A stretch of 64,000 nt of DNA, taken from NCBI RefSeq assembly GCF_964355755.1, contig NC_092678.1, positions 12,522,352 through 12,586,351 on the forward strand, in the 5' to 3' direction. Below, piece by piece: positions 39,711 through 53,301 of this stretch (positions are counted from its first letter, which is position 1; the number at the start of each line of letters is the position of its first letter). Made by a program: the position numbers and the translations under genes. Origin of the DNA: Antedon mediterranea. Lineage: Eukaryota > Animalia > Echinodermata. Below the pieces are notes generated by a model, which was not told the origin of the DNA, searched no databases, and was given only the letters and a program-made list of their open reading frames with translations.

Positions 39711-41799
39711 TTAATTAAAGAAAAAAACTGATTAAACGCGTCTATCGATTGTTATTTTTAATAACAATGTTTATTATAGTAGTATATATACATATAAGGC
39801 TAGCGGAGCTACCTAGTACTAGGCTACCCTACTCTACTACTAGGTAGGCTAGGCCTAATTATAATAACTAGTAATCCTAGTAGTAGTAGTAGGCCTAGTA
39901 GTAGTAGGCTAGTAACTAGGCCTAGTAAGTCTAGGGGGTAGGCCTATTATTAATTAGACCTAGGCTAGGCCCATTAGGCATTATTAGGCCCAGGCTAGCC
40001 TACTAGGCCTAGCTAGGACGGCTAGTCAGCTCTAGCCTATAGTAATAGGTAGTACAATGGGAACGGGAGGCGGTGGTTTGGCCTAAACAGTAAAGCTAGA
40101 TAGAGTGTTGGCACCCTGTCACTGTGAGCATGCAGTAGCCTACTATGCTAGGCCTAGCTACTATCTAGCCTACCTACCTAGCCTAGCCTAGGCCCTAGTC
40201 TGTCCTCCTCTCACTCTTCCTGGCCTAACTAAATTAAACTAATATTTAACTAGGCTAGCCCTATTAAAGGGCAGGCCTTCTTATTAAGTAAGCATTATAA
40301 TTATGAATACCTAGGCCTAGTAAAGTTGTTAGTTTTATATTTATAATTATTTGGATATAGGCTAGGAGGCCTACCTGATAGATCGATCTTGACTTGACTG
40401 CTTTTAATTTTCCCGCTAAATAAAGTTATGTGAAAACAGCTGTAGAGGGCTCACTTTAGAAAAGCATGGAAAAGTTATGTCTAGCGCCCTCGGGACGCGT
40501 ATTTTTTTTTTTCCAGGACGAACGTGGGCAATTTACATAAATGGGCGTGGCTTAACCTCCAAAACACTCTCGCGCATGCGTACTTGGACTGAAATAGTTG
40601 TGAGGCGACAGAAAGCCATTCACGGATCTAAATAATCGATCGCGTACAAAATAACAAATGTTTGTATCTGCTTTTTTCTGTGTTAAGACATACAGATTTT
40701 TTTACTAATTTGGTGCTATGACCATGCTAGTTAATGCTAGTTGTGCCATTATTGGTAAAATAGACAGTGGGACTGTCGTTATTATGCTCTCAGGTCTGAG
40801 AGGTAGGCCTATAGCTGTTACTTGGAATGCATGCTACTGATGCTAGTATTTAGTCTAAGGCCAGGGTTAAATACTGCTATAATAGCAGCTATTTCTGACA
40901 TAGCTCGAAAAGCAGTTGTGGTTGCTACGTGAAATTTATTATTGCTTAAACCTATTTATCTTAATTTTGTTAATAAAAAATTTTGATTTATGCTGTCAAA
41001 GGGAAGTTTCAGATCAACGAAACAACAGAATACTCGATCCCCTCTTAAGTTTTACTTAAATATTTTTGGATTGTGCTGTTTAGGATGAAAATGTTATCTA
41101 AGTGTGCGGAATCCCTTGCAAAGCCTGATTGTTTTTGATAAATAATGTTATTGTTTTCAGTATGGTTTATTCAAAATATTTTGCCGAGAACTGGAATGTC
41201 AAAAATGTATAAGTAAAATAGTTATTTTTGCTGGTTTTTTTTTCTACAGAAGTGAATAACTATAATTTAAAAACTGCAAAATGAGCTATTCAAGACTGAT
41301 TTTATTCATTTCATTTTTTATGTTTTTGGGGGACAATACATCTTTAAAGGTTAGGTATTATTATTAGTTGGTATTAAGATAATCGTGGTCATCGTACATG
41401 ATGTTATGCTCATTTTCGTTGTTCCAAAGCAATAATAACTACCTATTTTAATGTAGTTTCAATGGCATTATGTTATTCTTAGCTAATAATGGCAATAGAC
41501 TAACTCAACCAGATACACATAATTTCAAATTGCACATCCTTTATTATAACTGTTTTAAAAGAAATTGTAAATATAATTTAATAAATCATATATATCGTAT
41601 ATCATTTTATTAACGGCATTGTACCTAACCCTGTAAATAACCTCAACTATGAACTGAACCCAATCCTCTAAATAATGTCAACTATCAACAAAAACCTAAC
41701 ACTCTAAAAAGTTTCAACTACTGTATCAACTAAATCTAACCCTCTAAATAATCTCAACGTTCATTATAAAAATGGGCTGTGAAACAGCAGTACTATGAG

Positions 41800-44700
41800 A
41801 ATTTACTTTGAAGTGTGGCTTTTGCCGAGTGATGCATTTTGTAAAACACAAAATGAAAGGTTGTGCGAGGCTGCCGATCGCTTATTCCTTGGAAGGTCAT
41901 GCATGCTATTTGGTGTGTTGGTTTTTGCGTTTAACAGCATAGCCATGCTCGGTGGTGAATGCAGCCTTTGATGGTCTTCCAACAGTCAAACGCCTCCTCC
42001 CACCCAGTGGCATCTTACGCCTAGCAACAGATGTGGGCTGCACTCCAATTTTGCTAGATGTTTGAAGTCCCCTTGCCTTGACCTTACACCTCGATGCTAA
42101 TGATGCCCCACTGTACTTACCAAAAGTATGCAGAGCACTGACAAGGTGACTGTGTGTAGTGAGCTTGTTATAGTTTGAGACGAAATGCTTGACTGCCTTC
42201 TCAAACTCATGATCCCCGTTTCTCAGCTCTTGTCGGATTGAATTAAATGTACACTCTAACTGTTCTTCAACCTGTGGCACACGCTTGCTTGGTTGGCTAA
42301 ATTGATTAATCAGTGTTGCCTGTGATCTTAACGATTGGATGCGGAGGATCTGGGGGTCTTGTAATTGTCCCATATGGTGTGCGCCACCTTTAGCTGGGGT
42401 TGCATCATCATCTGCTGTACAGGACGTCCCTTCTGTGGAGGCTGTTCCTTCTGTGGAGGCTATTCCTTCTGTAAAGGAGGTTCCTTCTAGGGAGGCGGTT
42501 CCTTCTAGTGAGGGGTTCCTTCTAGGGAGGAGGCTTCTTCTGTGGATGAGGCATCTTTTGGAGAGGAGACACTGATGTTTCGGCAGTTGTCAGTCTGCAA
42601 TATACCACTCCTGAGTGGCTGAAACCAATGGTCATCAATTGCATCTCCACCAGTAGCAATTGTGTAGAAAAGCTTTCTCATGTCTACAGACTGAACAGGG
42701 AGGAAGTTGCTTGATTCTATACTGTATTTGTGCATAATAGCTGCTTGGTGCTTGCATGGAGCACCTGTTCTACCTATTGGGCATGTGCAGATTCCAATGT
42801 CCATGTTCACATTGTAATAAGTGTTTTCCCTGCCACTTTTTACTGTGTACTCTTGACAATTTCCTAGCTTGGTGACAGCATCCGGGGAAACATCTTTCGG
42901 ACAAGGGTAGAATCGAGAAATCAAGTTGTTGCTGTTGAGGCGATTGTTGGCGATGTCTGTCAGCTTTCTTACATTATAATTTTCCAACCGGGTCAGAACA
43001 AAATCAGTAAGTTGACAGATATTGAATGCCTTCAGCCTGTAGAAGATTTTGTCTTTGAGAATTCTCATGGCAGCTTCACAATAAGCTGTAGTGTTGTTGC
43101 CCCTTGTTCTCAGATCTTTCCTGTGGGCTAGTGACCATGTCACTCTGCGCTCATAGATTTCATTCACATGAGCTACAAAGCCTGGATACTTTAGGGATGT
43201 AGCATCAGCTTCTGTTGTTCTTTTGAACATGCTGTGTAGGTCATCCTCAGTCTCAGCATACACCATGGCTTTGAAGATGTTAAGGAGATGGGGTCGATCA
43301 TTTTTATCAATCTTGTGCTTGCTGTCCCACAGCCATCTCCACATGGCTTGAAGCAAGTGGAAATGGCACAGCAGCAAGACAGAATTAGGATAAACTTCAT
43401 GCAGGGCCAATCGAAGTGATGTGCAATCATCTGTCATAAATATACCTGGACCATTACTTGCATTGAAGAAAGCACTCTCTGGTAAAATTGAATGAAGCAG
43501 CTTGAAGGCAGATGTTAAAGTGGACTCGGACTCAGAAGATGTTATTAAAACACCAAGTGGAAGAGCACCAGCAGGGCTATGCGTCAGCAATAAAAAGACT
43601 CTGCAGTTCTGGCGATCCATGTTGCCAGAGGAGTCCACAAAAACCATCTCTTTACTGATTTTCCACATAGAGTGTACTCGCTTCATAAGGGGTGTGCAAA
43701 TAGCAATGACGGTCTGGCCATCACAGGTTGTCTCTAGCTTTACACATTCATCATTGTGGTTCTCATTAAAATCTTGAACCTTTTTGTCAAGGAATAGCAT
43801 CATTTTTGCTCCACCGGTGTCCCCATAGTGTGTCCTGAATTCCTTGTAAAATACCCTAAAATCAACAAAAGATAACACATACCAAAAATTAGGTATACAT
43901 TTTTTGTTGCTTGCATACTATATAAATACTTGCTGAAAATTATTTTGCATTGAATAGAATCGATAATACTTTATCTCTTCATATACCCTCTTTGGTCTTT
44001 TGGGAGTACCGAGCAGATTTCTTGAAGTAAACCAAAATTGTTATCATTATCAACTCAGTCGATTTTTAGGTTGTTATAAAGGGGTGTCAAAATGCCCTCA
44101 AAATTTCCGACATCGGGAAGACCACGTTTCCTAAAACCCCCTTGAAAAGCACTTATCATGCAAATATGTTTCCCTCTTCAACCTTTTTTATTTACCTGCT
44201 AAAAGAATAAAAGTAAACTAAAGTTTTTTGTTTTCGTCCACTAAGCAGCCCGGACAAATTGGAATGCTTCAAGCATTTTTACTTGTTTCTATAGACCCTG
44301 AAGATCAATCAAACATCCTGTTCCCAAACTGTATACAATTTTGAAAAAAGCAATGTAGAACTTTGAAAAGCATAGACAGAATGTTACCTGTAACAGGACT
44401 GCAAATCAGGGCAATGGGCTCTGTCTGCAGAGACTCTTGTTTACTCAACATCTGTACAGCCTTCTTGAAGATCATATTTGATGGTATCCAGAGCAGATGA
44501 TGGTGAATGGCCTGATCTGTAGAGCTCAAGAAGCTTCTCCGTTGCACCATCACTTACATCCCTTTCTCGAAGGGCATCAGCACTTGCCACCTCATGGTTG
44601 TGATCCCATTTCAAGGTTATGATTGTTGGATAACCTTGCCCTATGTGTTTATCTTTAGACCTGAACAGTTAAAACAAAAATTTAAGCTGTAACTGATGCA

Positions 44701-47458
44701 TTGGCTTTAATGAATCATCAGAGACAGACAGTACAGGAACTTGGGAAAACAATTTAAACAAAAGTAAACTGTGTGTGTTGATATTAAGACACACATAAAT
44801 CCTTAAATCCATAAATCATTTGAATTGGTACAACATATTTCAACTCAAAGAAATGAAGTGGTTAAACTGGTGGTTAACACAATTTTCTTGCAGATGGTAG
44901 CTTTTTCTCAGGAGGATTAGAACCAGTGCCAAATTAATAGGCCTAACATTTACATTTTTTAAATTTGCGTCAATGTATTGTTTCTATACCGTCATGTCTT
45001 TTAAATTTCTTTAAAAACAATCATGCTTACCTGTTTCGACCACGACAGTCAGCTGTCCTCTTTATTATGACAAACATTGTGCTCGGGCAGTTGGTGTTTT
45101 TGGAACCTTTCTTCAGGTCAGCTGTTGAGGATCGTGGATGGGTGTTATGGTGACAGTGCAAGTCAACCTGTTATAAGAAAACATACATCATGTCAATCAG
45201 GAGGTGGCAGGTTCCATCCATTAAAAACAGGACAATAATTATCAAACTGATGATATGTAGAAAATATTTATTACGTAAAGTAATGTTTGCAGACTTCAGA
45301 TGATGAGTATTTGGTACAATATTGCAAAACAGCATTTGTGCCCATCTGATTTAGAACTTGTTATCATAGCTATTTTATTAAAGATCTTTATCCTGTCCAA
45401 ATCAAACCATACAAAATTCCTTGCTGCAATGTGAACTTTTATCGAATTCATGATAATTCTTCAAAACCTCTAATAAAAACAAAAACAAAACTATGGAAAT
45501 TAGCTGTTAGTGATAAATTCCTGTTAACGAAACACAACACAACTTTTCAAGTTGGACTAATATAGTTACTGGAAATACAAATAGCAAACTCATTAATGAA
45601 TTAATTTCTGTTTTTTGTTTTGTAAATTTGTGTATATTTTTTATCGTTCTTAATTTTAATGTTAATTTTATTCATATGTGTATGCATTGTATGGGTATAT
45701 ATGTGTGTATGTATATAAACACATCAGGCATAGAACATGAATTCTAAACCACCCGGTGATATACTGAAATATAATTAATTAATTTGAAACGATGGAGGAC
45801 AAACAAATCCATGAAATTTGTGAGAATGAGAAATATTTATATATGGTATGTATTTCTATATATATATACGGTGTGTGTGAATGTGTTGATATTATATATA
45901 TATATAAATATATAAACTAAAAGACACAGAAATTATGATAAATAATTAGTTAACAAACGTTTCATTAGTAAACAACTTTTTATTAATGCAATATATTTTG
46001 TAATAGATAATGTAAACATATATTTTAGACAAAACAAATATATACATTAAGAAAACATTGGGTACTACGTATAAGCCAAAATATTAAAATTATTATTAAT
46101 ATTAAAGAGGATAAAAATAAGAAAATAGCGAAAACATGTAGAAAGTGCTTAGAGATTCTGTAATTGTTGTTTACAAACATTGAATGAATAAAGGTGGTGG
46201 TTAACCACAAAAGATAAAAAAAACAAAAAAACACAAAAACAAAACCCAAGTAGTAATTTATACTGACAACTATATCAACAGTTAAAATAATACCCTTACA
46301 GCTGTCACAACTTTCACACACGATACGAGACAAATTTCTGTACATACCCGGAAGACATTTTTTTGTCCGCTATTTGGATATGTTTTGTTTGTCCTCCATG
46401 TTGAGTAAGAAATTCCTTCAAACACTTTAAGCCACCTTAGTGTTTCTTCAGCAGAGGTGAGTGGTAACCTTAGGGTACATAGCATTGAATTTCCGTTTTC
46501 TTCATAGTGGCAAATTTTATACTTGTGACCTGATTGCAATTCTGGAAGTATTATCTGTAAGAGAAATTAATTTATAATCAGATGGCTTTAATGGCATAAA
46601 AATGGCCTTAATCAGTATGCTGGTGATGTGACAGACCTCAAAACATTCAACAAAATACAGGTCTAGAGCAACCAACATCTTATGACGAAAACAAACGTGT
46701 ATGTATTTTACTTGTTTGTCCCTGTTGTTGCAATCCAAAACTCTAAAGAAAGAATAATATTTAAAGGGGTGTGTTTATGATGAAATTAAGTGTTGTACTT
46801 GTAGTAATGAACCCATTATCAAGCCAAACGTTGTCCTTTTTAAAAGCAAATGACTTGCTTTTAATATGTAGGGCTATGCTCTACTGGGCTAGGAAAGATG
46901 TCATAGGTTATGGACAGATCTACATATACCATGTAATTATACATATGGTACCCTGTTCTCATTTGTTTATTTCTGCTTCAGAACCATTTTTTACATATAC
47001 ACACATTATCCAGCAGTATGCCACACAGACCACGCTGCAGCCCGAATGACACACTGGGGTGATTGTTTTAATACCATGAGATTTACACAACATTTCAACA
47101 TCTATATGTATGAGTATAACTAGAGTAGGCCTATTATAGGTAGTCGTACAACAAGTAACAGTGTACACGCGCATGTAATTTATTGTGTATACAACAAACA
47201 CTACACACACTACCCATGGAGTTATACCTCCATGCACTACGCTACCTGAACTAGGCTACCGATCGATTGTGTGAGACCAATTCTACTGCATTTTTTGTGA
47301 AATTCGTTGAACATTTTGGGTCAAAGAATAACTTAATAAGCTCCCATGAAAAACAATGCATCATTCAAACAAGATGAGATAAAATTTACCTGCAATCGAG
47401 GACATGTATCCAGTTTTAGATCAGCGCAAGCCTTCCCAGCTAAACAACTCGCCATCAT
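41800..47458 (-). pseudogene. Intron-containing MULE transposase (zinc finger - DDE - SWIM), three lesions
   Basis: Exons 47458-47390, 46554-46348, 45167-45031, 44660-44388, 43855-~41800. Motifs FVDSSGNMD, FMTDD, LLCHFH, TTAYCEAAMR, SWIM CTCPIG..PCKH. In-frame TAA at 44443-44441, 1-bp deletion ~42514, probable frameshift ~41900. Confidence 0.85.
45716..45833. repeat. Partial copy of the (TA)n-associated 364-bp unit found at 57954-58797
   Basis: AAACAC..CCCGGTGATATACTGAAAT..AATTAATTTGAAACGAT..GTGAGAATGAGAAA, flanked by TA-rich microsatellite in a MULE intron. Confidence 0.7.
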
Positions 47459-47817
47459 TCTCTCTGCATACTATCTCTACTTTAAAGTAAAACTTTTTTT
47501 AGACAATACGCGCATGCGCGAGAGTAGTTGGGGGTTAAGCTACGCCTATTTATGTAAATTGCCCACGTTCGTCCTGGAAAAAAAAAATACGCCCTCGGGA
47601 CTCGACCACAGGCTGGCCGATATATCTAGCGCCCTCGGACCACAGGCTGGCCAAAAAAAGAATCACAGACTGGCTGTAGTGTGTTTCATGCTAGCGCCCT
47701 CGGGACCACCACAGGCTGGCCAAATGTCTAGCGCCCCCGGACCACAGGCTGGCCAAAAAAGAACCACAGGCTGGCCGTGTGTTTCACGACCCCTTTAGGA
47801 TTATTCAGTGTGGCTTT

Positions 47818-50800
47818 TTGGCTAGTCAATCTAGCATTTTGAGTGAAGCAAATTGCAAACAGAGATTTTTCTTTTTTAAATGGTCACATGTGATGAGGAG
47901 ATCAAAATTTGAGCATCACACCTCTGTCACTCATCCCGATGATATGCAAATTAGCTTAAACTAGATGGTACGCTCGCTTCGCTCGCGTACCATCTAGGTC
48001 GTGCCCACAGATGGTTCTCGAATACACAGTAATTTCAGGGTAAAAAATCTGGCGATTTCAAATGTACGTACCGCAGGACTATAATAAATTGTCGTTTACA
48101 GAAACGAATAAGTAGACACGATGATTTATGTATTCAACTAAAATTAGCACCCTGGGAATTACTTCCGAAAGAGAAACTTACCACAAAATGAGTCCAAATT
48201 GTTTATTCATTTAAAGAAACCAAATTAGGGTTGAGGGATGGGAAAGAGGATAAAGAGGAACAATTTTTAAATATATTCTTTATCCACGTCAGTAACGAAG
48301 TATTGTTTTCATTTTGTATAGGCCTATAAATAATATACCACTAACGGTGACTAAATATAGTAAAACATTTGCGATTTAATACTTTGTTAAAACTGTCACT
48401 GTCATAGTCGATTGAAATAGTAAAGAACATGTAACGATACACCACTACGACGTTTATATTTTGTAATTATTAATTAATGCAAACGTTGAGAAGCAACTGT
48501 CAGTAATAAAGTTTATATATATATTGTATATTACGTGTTTATATATCTAAAAGTAGAGCCTACCCATAATCACAGTAATAAAGTTTATTTGTATATATTT
48601 TTTTACATCTAACAGTATTCACAGTAAGAAATGTTTGTATACATTTTTTTACATCTAACAGTATTCGCAGTAAGAAATGTTCGATTCAAATGACGACCAA
48701 AAATGGTTAATAGGTATTTGCAGTACTGTATTGTCAAAGTATTGCAAGTTTATTCTCCAAGGGCTCATAAATTTACCTACTTGTGTTAAACCAAACTGGC
48801 AGACTGAGAGTTGGAATGTTCCATTCATCGCAAATCAATACATTTGTAAAAACGTAAATTAAATCTATCAAAATAGTATTTTTTTAAGAAAATCGGCCTG
48901 TCTTCAACATTATGATGCTGTACTCGAGCAGTTCAACCGGTTTTTAGCTATTAAAAACAATTATCATAGGAGGAGATAGGAAAATGCGAAGCGTCCTCGT
49001 ATTATTGTGTGCGGGTTTTTTTCAAGTTGGACATCCATTAGACAGTGTATACCACGATCGGAAAACACCCCTATTTGGGGCAAATCGTTGAACCTAAATT
49101 CGTTTTAATCGTCAATAACTAATTATCTAACTCAATTTAATTAGTGAACAGGGTTACATCAGGTGGTTAAAATCAGTACCGAAAGTACGAACCAACTTTA
49201 TATACCATCGAGTAAAAATTCTAGAAGTAAGGCGCGATTTACCAAATTTTGCCCTTACGTAAATTTATATATAGATATGCAAATTAGGGTAAAATTACAG
49301 GGTTATCATATCTCAAAAACTACTAGTCCGAGAGAGTTGATCTTTCCACTGATTTATTCAAAATGTATATATTCATATTTGCTCTAATGAAACATTTTAC
49401 GAAAAATAACCTGAAGTACAACATTTGACCCTCGACCCCATTTCTCAATATTTGCATACACAATGTGACTAAATGTAGGGCTATGTAGAGATATTATTTT
49501 GCCATCAAATGACCCTGATATAGGTTTCTAATAGTCAGCATAGGACCACTTTGTAATTCCCAAAATCACACCTTTGTCACACACCTCAAAAGTATGCAAA
49601 TTAGTAGTACAATTTAGATAAAATATGCAAATAAGGGGGAAAATTTACAGTTGTCCTATATCTCGAAAACTACTAATGCTAGAGAGTTGAATTTTTCACA
49701 GCTGTATTCAGAATGTACATATTTCTATTTGCTCCAATGAAACATTTTATAAGAAAATGACAGGAGGTATGACATTTGACCCTTGACCCCATTTCTCAAT
49801 ATTGCATATATAATGAAATAAAAATGTCTGTAGAGACTTTGTTTTGGACTCAAATGACTAAATATGCAAATAAGGGAGTGAAATTACAGTCTTCCCATAT
49901 CTCGAAAACAAATAATGCTAGAGAGTTGATTTTTTTTAAGGCCTTATTCAGAATGTACATATTTTTATTCGCTCTAATGAAACATTTCAGCCAAAAATTA
50001 TCGGAAGTTTGACATTTGACCCTATTTCTCAATATTTGCATATAATGCAACTGAAATGTATGTGTACAGACCTTGTTTTGGCCTCAAATGACTTGAATGA
50101 TATAGGTTTTATATAGCCAGTATAGGACCGTTTAGTAATTCCAAAAGTCAAGCACCTCAAAAGTATGCAAATTAGTAATACAAGTTGTATGAAATATGCA
50201 AATTACAGTGAATTGCCATATCTCGAAAAACCGTAATGACCTGAAAGATATGGCAACTTTCACCTGTTGTACTACTAATTTGCATACTTTCAAGGGAAGT
50301 AAAAATGTGTAATTTTGAGAATTACTAAACAGTTTTATTCTGGCTATAGAAAACCTGTATCCGAGTCATTTGAGGCCAAATCAATTATTAATGCAAATAT
50401 TGAGAAATAGGGTCGAGGGTCAAATGTCATACTTCTGATAATTTTTGGGTAAAATGTTTCATTAGATCTAGAGCTAGTATAAATATGTACATTCTGAATA
50501 AGGCCTTGAAAAAATCAACTCTCTATCATTAATGGTTTTCGAGATATAAGAAGACTATAATTTCACCCTCTTATTTGCATATTTCATGTAATTTGTACTA
50601 CTAATTTGCATACTTTCGAGGTGTGTAACAAAGATATGATTTTGGGAATTATAAAACAGTCCTATGCAGACTATAAGAAACCTGTATCCGAGTCATTTGA
50701 GTCTAAAATAAAGTCTCTACAGACATGTTAGTCGCATTATGTATGCAAACATTGATAAATGGGGTCAAGGGTCAATTTTTGTATTTCCGGTCATTCTTTC

Positions 50801-51760
50801 GTAAAATGTTTCATTAGAGCAAATGTAGATATGTACATTTTGAACAAGTTTAAAAAAAAACAACTCTCTAGCCTTAGTGGTTTTCGATATATAGGAACCT
50901 TTAATTCCACCCCCTAATTTGCATATTTCATGTAACTTGTAATAAGAATTTGCATACTTTGGAGGTGAGTGATACAGGTGTGATTTTGAAATTTACTAAA
51001 CAGTCTTATGTTGGCTATTAGAAATCTGTATCCGAGCCATTTGAAAGCAGAACAAAGTCTCTACAGACATTTAGTTTTATTATATAATGCAATATTGAGA
51101 AGTGAGGTCAAGGGTCAAATGTCAAACTTCCGGTCATTTTCATGTAAAATGTTTCATTGGAGCAAATAGAGATATGTACATTCTGAATACAGCTGTGAAA
51201 AAATCAACTCTCTAGCATTAGTAGTTTTCGAGATATAGGACAACTGTAAATTTTCTACCTTATTTGCATATTTTTATTTAAATTGTACTACTAATTTTGA
51301 GATGTGTGACAAAGGTGTGATTTTGGGAATTAAAAAGTGGTCCTATGCTGGCTATCAGGAACCTATATCGGGGTCATTTGACGGCAAAATAAAGTCTCTA
51401 CAGACATTTTAGTCACATTATGTATGCAAACATTAAGAAATGAGGTCGAGGGTCAAATGTTGTACTTCCGGTTATTTTTTTGTAAAATGTTTCATTAGAG
51501 CAAATATAAATATATAGATTTTGAATAAACCAGTGGAAAAAATCAACTCTCTCGGACTAGTAGTTTTTGAGATATCATAACCCTGTAATTTTACCCTAAT
51601 TTGCATATTTAAGCTAATTTGCATATCATTGGGATGAGTGACAGAGGTGTGATGCTCAAATTTTGATCTCCTCATCATATGTGACCATTTAAAAAGAAAA
51701 ATCTCTGTTTGCAATTTGTTTCACTTTAGGCTGTTTTTTTTAGCTAGATTTACTAGCCTA
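47818..51760. mobile_element. Academ-like non-autonomous fold-back element
   Basis: Termini T(A/T)GGCTAGT.AATCTAGC / GCTAGATTTACTAGCCTA with 3-bp TTT on both flanks. Kb-scale inverted arms built of ~240-360-bp subrepeats, centre near 50240. Confidence 0.75.
47961..49275 (-). mobile_element. Non-autonomous Helitron inserted in the left arm of the 47818-51760 element
   Basis: 5' TC, 3' CTAG, hairpin CTAGATGGTACGC..GCGTACCATCTAG. The uninterrupted right arm gives the empty site CTTAAA|TATGC (A|T, no TSD). Confidence 0.9.
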
Positions 51761-51904
51761 TTTAGACAGTTTTTAAAATCACATAAGCAAATATTTACTT
51801 ATTTGTTTTTAATACCTTTTAAAAAATATATTTTATAATTTTTTTATTATTAAATCTTAGATGACGAAGTTTATTTTATAAGGCAAAAAAGCCATTTTAA
51901 ACCC

Positions 51905-52592
51905 AAGCTCTGTCTACACTATAAAACTTAACTTTATGTGACAAAAAAATGTGATGTGAACATTTATATACAAAAGTCTGTTTTTTTGTGTCATGTGATA
52001 TTTTTTTCCGCATCTTTCTTCAAAATTATTAGAAAATATTTTTAGTTTTTCTCATTTTAACACTATAGCTTTAAAAATATTTTATTTTCAACTCCACAAA
52101 TGTTAATACTTAGGCCTAATCTTCTAGAAAGTGTCAGAAATTAAATATTGCAACCTGTTCTGCTTTCTACTGTTGGAAAATGGAACTTTTATAATGAAAA
52201 TGTTGATTCGTCAATACATTTAATGATATTTTATAGCGCTAATTCACACATAATTGCTACATGTTAATTTTTTTTATAAGGAAGTAATTTATTTTGGTTT
52301 ATAATATTCAAATAGTTGGTCGGTTAATCTTGCTTCGATGAGTTTATACAAAAGTATTTGTAATAATCAACAAAGCGTATTGACATTTTATTTCAATCAC
52401 CATGAACTTCAGCTGACGTGTTTGTTTACATTTGATGTAAATAGCCTACAGCTCGTTTGCTGTCTCAATTGTGAGTATGCTAACTCTATTTTGTATTATT
52501 TTGTCTTGTATCTTTGTAATATCACTACCATATTTTTTTTTGGCACATCACATTCTTTTTGTCAAACTAGTTTGATAGTGTAGACAGAGCTT
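51905..52592. mobile_element. MITE, superfamily unassigned
   Basis: TIRs AAGCTCTGTCTACACTAT / ATAGTGTAGACAGAGCTT, plus inner ACAAAA..ATGTGATGTG inverted match. Confidence 0.7.
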
Positions 52593-53301
52593 TAGAGCAA
52601 TTATATCGTGTCAATACAACGATGTTATGTTCGTTGATCAGTGACGTCATTTTATTTGATTTTAATTAATATATTTATCATAACATAAATAGACATAAAT
52701 GGTTATAGTTCTAGAATGAAATCAATTTCGCTTGTTTTATTCATCAATGAAATGCATGTGTTTATTTATTTGATATCGTTATCAACCTAGTGTTTATAGC
52801 AGCCAGATAGTATGTCATGCTCATCAGATAAACAAGGAAACTTCAAACTAGTAACATATTTATATAAGCAAATTAAGTATTGAAGTATTACAATAGCCAA
52901 TACAAATACAATGTTTGATATGTAAAACTTGGTAGCCGGTCATCTTGCCTAGTGATGACAAGTTGGACCAACAGTACTACAAAAGATGAAACCGCCACTT
53001 AGGCCTACAGGTTGAATAATCCGACATTATATAATATACACTGTTATTCACTGTTATGTATTTGTACTTCATTGACGAAGTAAATGACATGATAGCCTAC
53101 TGTTAGGTCTAAACTTACAGCATATTGTGCCATGCTCTTTGGACTCTATATGCCTATGCTAGCTGTTTAATAATATAACATGGTTAGCAGAATAGCTAAA
53201 ATAAGCATACAGATTCGTTGTATTTATTCTTATATGTTGTATTTTACAGTTATCTAACACATTTTCTTTCATAAGGTAATGATGTTCTCTCATCTTTAAA
53301 T

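Larger units (their letters stand above)
29819..47793 (-). mobile_element. MULE DNA transposon, left TIR apparently split by nested insertions
   Basis: Right TIR 47508-47793 matches in reverse complement both 29819-29960 (GGGTCGTCAAACACACGGCCAG.. repeats) and 40495-40583. Encloses a MULE/SWIM transposase gene. No TSD found. Confidence 0.65.

Noticed and set aside
40600-41400. Possible second, convergent gene inside the MULE
   Set aside because: Some splice-like sites, but no coherent reading frame could be assembled.
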